This document shows, piece by piece, positions 48,468-57,400 of a stretch of DNA of 64,000 nt (its first letter is position 1; each line of letters begins with the position of its first letter). The stretch spans positions 32,001 to 96,000 of IMG/VR virus record IMGVR_UViG_3300012953_000016; one strand, written 5' to 3'. A program made the position numbers and the translations under genes. A model generated the notes under the pieces. The model saw nothing but the letters and a program-made list of their open reading frames with translations. It was not told the DNA's origin and did no database searches. Source of the stretch: a virus.

Positions 48468-51400
48468 TTAACCCTTAATAGTTGTGAACACTGTATTTAG
48501 TTCATCTTCATTTATAGGGTATTCTCTATTCCTTGGCCTACCGTCATCAAAGTAAGGAAGCGAAGAAGTACAAAATCTACTTAAATTCTGAGACCATGTT
48601 TTTTCTGGTGTTGTTAACACACCATCCTCTGAAACGAATCGGCACCTTACCGGGGCTGACGTTACTAGACTTCTTCCGGCCCATGGGCCTCTGGAAAACT
48701 TTCTATAAAATCTAGAATCTTTTCTTTGCTCTAGAAGATCCCTAAATTGACCGTATGAGTTATGGCTATAAACTGCATTTGTGTTTTCTGGTAATGCAGA
48801 TCTTAATCCATACTTCCAGCCTCTAATCTTTGGTATCGCGCTAGGCCAATCATACCCATCTGAATATATTGTCACAATCTCGATGCTAGGGTTCTTTTGC
48901 CAGTTGTCTCCTGTTCCAAAATAAAATTTAAGGAAGTTCTCGCTAGTTTTAGCTGATATGTCATACCGGCTACCTATAGGTTGAGGAGAACCATCCCCAA
49001 TTACTGTCAGCACAGGATATGAACTCCCTGTACTTAGTAGCGCACCATTTTCATCAACCGCTTCAAGCGTTGGATCATTTATTATGCTAGGCATATTAGA
49101 ACCGGTTATTATGATTGAGCTAAACCCAGTTTGCTCAGTCGTCGTCTCAACAAACTCGCCGGTTTCATCATCCCACTCCGTAACATTCCATGATGTATTA
49201 TCCTTGTTTGTTCTACCACGCTTGAGTGAAGAATACTTAGGTTCAAATGGGTATGAGCCCAACCAGTATGCATCGATTGTACTGTTTGTGTTTACATGGT
49301 ATGGATCCACACCCTCCTGTATTGGGTCGCCATGCCAGTATTCTTCACCAGCAGGATCCTCAGGCGTCTTTCCGACCGCATAGGATTCAGTGTCTACTGC
49401 TTGTGCGGCGAAGGAAAAGAACCCTATGCCACCAGTCCAGCTCCAACGTATTGTTTGGTTATCATACTCTGCACCGGACTCATCAGTTAGATAAAACCCC
49501 GTTGTAGTTGGCAGCCCCATGATTGTAGAGTCTGCATCTTTTGTACTTCCATCCTGCGTATTTAAGACGGTAAAATAATCATCTCCATCATTATAGAATA
49601 ACTCGAACTTATCGCTGTGTGATCCGCTGAGTGCTAGCATTGTTTCTCTAGCAATCGTCGACGCAGGAGCACCGGGAGGAACAGTATCAATAGTTACTAG
49701 TATTCCTGATGTCGTTGGTGGGGCGGGGGCCTGCCCGTTGTCATCGTCTAATTTATACCATATATTATAAGCGTTGTCTTTTGCATCATGAATTTGCATA
49801 AAACAACCATCGAGGGTATAGTCAGAGATTCTCTCAAACCCATCCTTTTCTTCTATAACAGGTAATTGCCGGCGGAATTGGTCGGGATTATTAGGCCTGA
49901 GATTCTGAATATACTCGCTTACGCCCGTTACTGATGATGATAATCCTATGTCGCCAGCTATAGCGCCTATATCATATCCATCACCCTCTGAGCTAGTGTC
50001 AACGGTAGTCGTTGCTAGTGTGCCAGCATCCGGAGTGCCCGAATCCGTGAAGGTTATTCTATCATTACTTATCTCTTGTACCATGCCCCAATTGTTATAT
50101 GCTAATGGACCTTCTTCTCTAAGATCAGGTGCTAAATATTTACATGAAACAATTGCAGCGCTGTTTGTGCTAATATATCGATAATAATTTCTATACAGGG
50201 TTGATGAATCAATTTCGGGAGAATGATAATGTATACCTGGTATACCACCACCTTCAGTAGAATTACTAGTACCAGAAGGATCAGCTGCAGTCAGGCCACC
50301 TGAGATTGTTCGTACATATATGCTATATGTTGAATATCCTACCTTATACTCGGCATCTTCAAACGCATACACCCCAGGAGATGACTCAACCTCGAGTACT
50401 TCAAACATCGAGCTAGAATTAATTGCTGCACCCACGCGGTTTGCTAGCGCGTCTGCCGGCATGTACATATCGCCTGAAGGGTGTAAATCATCTTCATTTA
50501 ATTTTATAGCATTTAAGTCAGAGGCACTACTGGAGCTCCAGCCGGTGATGTCGTCATTGTATTGTTTTTGAATTAGATCAAGAGAATCGTTAGCTGAGCC
50601 ACCGGTACCATCTAGATCTACGTTATATTCTGATAATAGTGATGAAGGTATGCCGGGACTCCACCCGTTATCGCCTGTGTCCCACCCTTCGAGGCTTACT
50701 GTGATCACATTGTTTGAGGCCTCGGGTGATGCTACATCACCCCAGTCTAAGTGTACTACATGTAGATCACCATTAGCATCATAAATTGAGAAATATGTCT
50801 CTCGTAAATGGTTATCCTTATCAATCTCAGAAATAGTTTCTTTTGATGTTGTAAACATATAGTTTTGGCCGGCTGCATATGGTTTATATTCATATCTAGT
50901 GCCATCAACGGTCTGTGCTGGATCATAGCTTGAAGTTATATCTGCTAACTGATAAAACCATTTGCCCGGGCTAGTACCATTATTATGTGCTGCGTAAAGA
51001 AAGTCAGTCTTGACCTCGGTGGATATATACCATGGTACGGAGTGCAATTTAGCGTATGCTACTGTCTTATCACCACTAGTATTTGAATCAGGGGCATGTT
51101 CATAATATGGCAAGCTGTAGTTTCCATAAAGATAATCGGCAGTCCATAATCTAGAGAATGTTAGTTTTATAACGCCTTGAGGCAGATCCTCGTACCATCC
51201 CTCTTCACGGCACCTTATTATTGTCTTTTCAGGTACAACAACTTTCATATCACTTGGGCGAGGCTCGCCGAAACATAAAGATCTCTGTTTTGTGCCACCA
51301 TTAAACCATGGGCTGCTCCACTCTAAAATACCATTTCCATTAAACCCGTGGTATGCTGCTGGAGATGCGACGACTGTGTCGTAGTACCGCTCGAAGGAAT

Positions 51401-54400
51401 CGATAACTCTAACACCTCTGAGCATTGATCCACGAGATCCTTGTGAGTGCTCTGCTACAGAAGCTATTTTTCTGCGTGCTATATTTGAACCATAATCTAC
51501 TCGGCGGCGTCCATTTTCCCTAGTAATAGAAAGTGTTTTTCTCCCATACCTTTCATTAATAGACATTGAGCCAGAAACAACATCATCGGTATATGCACCT
51601 GCATTATACCCTATATCTTCGAGTTCGAACTTGTCGTGGACAGGTGTCTCAAACTGGAGTGCTTCATGGATTGCATCTGATGTAAGGTTCTGGTTTAGAT
51701 CGCCTTGTTTCTCTTTGCCGTCCTGGATGTAGGATCCAAAAAGTGTTATCTTCATCCTCGTCTGCCTAAACCCATGCCATTCATGCCAATCTTCTGCAGG
51801 CCACTCTATAGACCCGGGTGTACCTATCGGGACATCCAGTTTGTTGACACTGTTATCATGTGCGCCTGTATATTTGACTTCGGAGCCATCCCTAGTTGAG
51901 TACCTTAGATTTGAACCTAAGGTCATATGTGGGCCTGTTCCTTTAGTTGTTGCCCAACGATTATAAAATACCTCCGCAGACTGCCAGCCGAATACTAATT
52001 TATCATTCGGCATCAGGATGTACGGGCTATCTTGATTTTCTAGCTCAAATATATTCAGGTTAGAGTGATCATATCTTTTATGCTCATACCCAAAATCATA
52101 ATATCTGTCAATTATATCCTTACCTGGGACTGCGTTGAATAATGCACGGGCTGATGCAATATCATTTTCCTGACCTGTTCTTGTTCCGTTATGGGACGTC
52201 TTATAGTAAGACATGTACCCATTGGTACCACCTCTTGTGCCAACAACATATGATAATCCATCATTATGTTTAATCGGTCGTTTTACTGTACCTTCCATAA
52301 CATATGTACCTGAAACGAATAAATTAGTACTTGGTGATCCATCAAAGTCTAAAAACTCGTACCTGGGTGGCGTATATGATGTGCCATCAATTGGCTTTAA
52401 GACCTCTGACTTATAAGTAGCAAAAGTATTTACTTCACGTGACAAACCAGCCTCTAAAACATCATTTATGTCAATAGGCGATTCATTAACAGAACCATGA
52501 ATCGTCCACTGGCCGTATGTAACCATGGTTCTTGCAGTATGTTTTCTTGGTACTTCATTACCAGAAGAGTCATAATCAATATTAAACCATTTGTCACCTT
52601 CAGATGAACCAAACCTAGCATTATATAGTTGCCCTATATCACCGTCAGTTAAACGAGAGTTCCACAATGAAACATCTGCCATTTTTCCATCAAACAACTG
52701 GCTCGGCCGGCGGTACCTAAAGGTCCTGTATGTCCTGGCGCCACGGCGGGTTGTCTTAAATCGGCGGAGCATCCTTGAATCATATTCTTGGCCGATTGAA
52801 ACTCTGTCCATTTCATCAAACTCAAGACTATGTTCGCCATGTAGAGGAGAGTATACACCACCAACAGCGGAAAAATCGATACCAGGGACAGATGATACAT
52901 CATCCAACTTTTGAAACCTCATCCAGTATACTGATGATCCTGAGTTTGTCGCTAAGCCGGTTTGAGCATCAGGGGTTCTCCACCCTGCTCCTCTCCATGG
53001 AGCCCAAATCCTAGAATCATATCCTGCTGCAGTAGCAGCTACACCCGGGCCTCCGGAGGCTGCATCACTGTCAAAGGCATATCTCCATATATCATTTTGG
53101 GATCCTGGCAATGCGTGATATGTTGCGAGGTGGCAACTCATCTTTTGGCCGTTGACATATATATTCCACACAGACCCATGGGCTGGATCTATATGGTGTG
53201 TAAACCCAACATGATGCCATTGATTATCATTAATCTCTGTAGAACCATTGTCACGTACGGTATCAGTTATAACCTTATACCATCCCCTAGTTGTTACATC
53301 ATCAGCATCGATTGAGATTCCAGGAAGTGTACCAGGCGAAGCTGATGCACTAGTACGACATTTAAGTTTTAGCTCAGAAGTTGTGATTGTGTCATTTGCA
53401 TCTGCCTGGACGTGGAGCTGTAACCTATACCCATCCGGCGTCACTCCTTTCATGCGAGCCTTGTCGGCTGTATCGATCATAAAGATTAACCGGTTATTTC
53501 CCAATTTTGTATTAATAGAGAAAATAACAGGATCATTAGACTCTATATCACCATCAACCTTTACCCATGTAAAAAATGAAAAGTCAGGATATGTAGAGTG
53601 ATTTGCATTATGCCAAGATTCTATATCGGAAGGTACTGTCGGCCAGTACTCATTCGCACGTGGGAGTCTAGCATAAAATCTACTAGCACCAAAGTTCATA
53701 CCATATCGATACTTATCAGGTGTTCTAGAGATTGTTTTATCATACTCCCATGGGCCATCGTCACACCACTCTGCACTACCTTGGATATATGCCGGTGCAT
53801 TAACAGGGCCGGTTACCAACAGATTATTAAAATTGTTAGGATCAACTAAGTAGCGAGCAAGCAATTTACTTGATAGTTCATAATTCCCCTTGCTGTCTCT
53901 TATCTCAAAATCCTTCTCTAAAGGACAGTCAAAGAAATAAGGATTGTTACCATTAAGGGACACATCAACATTCTTACCGGCCTTGTATACACCACTATCC
54001 ATGTGGTATATTGCCTTGGCATCAATACCATCTAGTGCTGTGGACCAGACTGCAAAATCAGAAAAGCTACCAGTGTAGAGATTATCGTATGATAATTCGC
54101 CGAGATCGACGTCATTGTCGTCATCCGCATCCTCCCAATCAACATCAGCTCCTAAAATAACGTAATCTGAGGATTCAAAATACCATGGGTAGGCAGGATT
54201 ATATCCTATTGCAGACATTAGTTCTTCAGGCGTTAATGTAACACTTACCCCACCTATGACCTTTGACTCAAGGCCGACAAATGAGTATTGTAATGAAGCA
54301 GCTCGGGCCTGCCTGCTTGTCCAGGTATGTCCTGCGCCAGTACATGTTGCACTGTCATTTTCATGCGCAGGGTCACTAGCAGAACATGTTCCGTTAATTG

Positions 54401-57400
54401 TATCCCAATCAAATGACTCAGTCGCTGTATTCCATTTCCCATAATACGATTCATTTAAGGAGAGTGAACTAATACCGGCCTGCAATATATCCTCTACAGA
54501 TATATTTGCTTCACCGATTGTTACAGCTTCAGCGGCCTCGGTCGAGTCGCCCTTACGCCAAAGTAATTCACCATCATCATTTGTAAGCTGAGGTAAATTA
54601 TATTCTCCTATAAACTCACCATCAAGCCACAACTTAAATGATTGAGTCTCGCTTGAAAATGAAAAGACAGTGTGATGCCACAGACCGTCTGTTACTGCAT
54701 CAGCACTTTTTGCTCTTGTGTAAACTCTCCCAAGACCATTATCAACTAGGAACCTTAATGTGCCGTCCTTATATATTGACAACCATATTTTATTGGGTGC
54801 GCCTTTGTTAGAAGCGATTGTTAACAAGTTTGAATATTTTGCACCCGGATTTGTCGTCTTAAACCACAGGCTCTTAGAAAAACTTGAAAATGAACCAGCA
54901 GACATATCAGTTATCATCCATGCATCTGGCCAACCTGAGGTGCCTGGTTGTACCCAACGGACAAACCATGGGGTGTTCCCACTTGAGTCAGCATTAAAAT
55001 TATATGTGCTTGGATCTATAGTTGATGCATGATCTTGCCATATACCTTGCATTGAATAATCCGGATCATGCTCAATTATATTAACCCAGTCATCCGGATC
55101 TACGTATTCTGGTGATGAGATTGAATAACCATACTCATCGACAGCTGAGGCAACCTGAAATATTAATCCTTCATGGGCATATGTGTTGTTGTTATAGCTT
55201 TTGCCTTCCATACCAACATCAGGGGGCTCGTTAAGATTGACGTATTGATTTGCTACTGCCTGAATCAGCTTGTACCGCACAGTCGTGACACCATACAATT
55301 TATCGCCAAAATAAACCCTAACATTCTTTGTTATATCTTCAGACTGCCATGTCCCCGGTGCTGTCGGATCATTTGCAAAAGCAAAACCATAACCCCACGT
55401 TCCTGGCTGGTTATTGCTTGTAAAAGTCTCTAACTGTACAGGTGTACCGTCTGTGGGCCCAGAGTCTGAGTTCCAAAACCAGTCGCTTCCCGTTCCAGAT
55501 GCATCTTGTGCTATAGTACTGGGTATACTTTCAAATGGATCTTTTCCTGCTAAGTCTCCAAGGCTGGAAAACATGTATGTCGTCGACTGCGACATTTTTG
55601 CTGATTTTGTATAATCACCATGAGGAGATGCTACTGGGAACGTATCCCATACAGTCGGTGCACCGGGAGGGAATTCCCATGGAGAATCTTCTGCTAACTC
55701 AATGCTTGACGCATTAATTATCTTTAACTCTGCTAGGTCGTCGGTATCACCATACCCAGAAGATGAGGCGTCATCGACCCCATCCATATTAAGATCTGCT
55801 TTTACGCATGAATTGAACCAGTAATTGCCGGTGCCATCGGTCTCTTTGGTATCAAACCTAAACCATGCAGTTAATGCGGATGATTCATCATAATCATAGC
55901 TCGATCCATCCCACATATACATGTTTTTTGACGGAACACTAGAGTTTTGTACAACATTCCTATCATATCTAGGTGGATACCACCTGCGGGAAGGTTCTGA
56001 GTTTGAGTTATACTCATAGTTCCCTATCCAGTCACGTTGATTTAATATAAAGAAACTATTGATGGCTGCTTTATTATTAAATTTCTCATCTTCATTGTAC
56101 CGTCTAATCTTTCCGTCTGGGCCGACATCAAACATTATCGATCGACCTGAGTAGTCTGAGCCTTCGGACCAGTCGGCTTCAAATTCCAGCACAAACTTCT
56201 CTAATATAAAAGGTTTATCGATATAATTCGACATGTCTAACAATTGGCCTGGTGAGGCGTGAAACTTCGGGTGCATTGGAAAACCAAAATTACTAATTGG
56301 TAATGCTGCAGTCATAGAAGCAGATTGTATTATCTCTGTGCCCCTTGAAAAGCCTATGCATGCATTTTCGAAATATGTTTGCTGGAACTCAGCGTCTTTA
56401 AGTGTACCCCATGAACCTGCAAGGCCTGCATCGTATAATGAGTTTTCATTTACAAATTTGTCCCACTGATCCTTGGTTACATAGCCAGCAGCTAATGCCT
56501 GATCCCATGAAAGTGGTTGCCTTAATTCTTTTATGTGTCGGCCTGGGCCTATCTTTTCCCACTCTTTTGTCTCAAAGTTATAATAGACCATGGAATTATA
56601 TTTTTGAGAGCCATAAGGTACCCCTTCATTCGTTGCATCGTAACCGAAGCTAGTGGGAGTGTCGGTTGGCAGCTCAATCGTGAATTGCATTTTACTACGG
56701 AGGGGGGAAGAAAAACCTTCAAATACATCAGGCGAAATTCCTTGTTCAAAAAACTCATTATCAATGTCTATATCAATTTGATCATCAATAAATGGGCCTT
56801 TCTTAAATACCGTTTGATCCTCTGTAAATCTTAAACCGGCGTCAGCAATTCCCTTCCTTGTTGCACCAATAGTTACTAGTCCTGATTCTATTAACGTTCT
56901 TTCATAGTCATCAGAATATACATTTGGTGTCATGACATTCGAGTTTAGCCATGGAGATTCAATATATGCAGGGAATACAAAGTTATGCTCGCTGTATTCT
57001 CTCCATGTTTGCTCATTCCATTCCGGGAGCGTACCGACTATTGGCAACCACCCAGTTCCCGGGTCTGCCATAAACTCGTCTTCCGTACGCCAACCCAATG
57101 ATATATCAAATCTTTTTACCTCTGAGGTTGATTCATCAAACCAATATTCTCCATCATTGTATGTTGAACCATTTGTAGGGTCAGGTATACCATCATTATC
57201 ATAATCTGGTAAGTAGTTCTCAGGATCCCAACCTGCAAGAAATGATGTAGTTATCTCATTAGAAGAGTTTCTATATAGTTTATTGTTGTTAATGTCTAGA
57301 GACAAATTTATGTCTGTCGTGGCAATAACGTTGTACCCGTCAGAAGAAAAATCATCATCCGGCCGGTTTGCCCAAAAAATGACATTCTCTACCGACTTTT

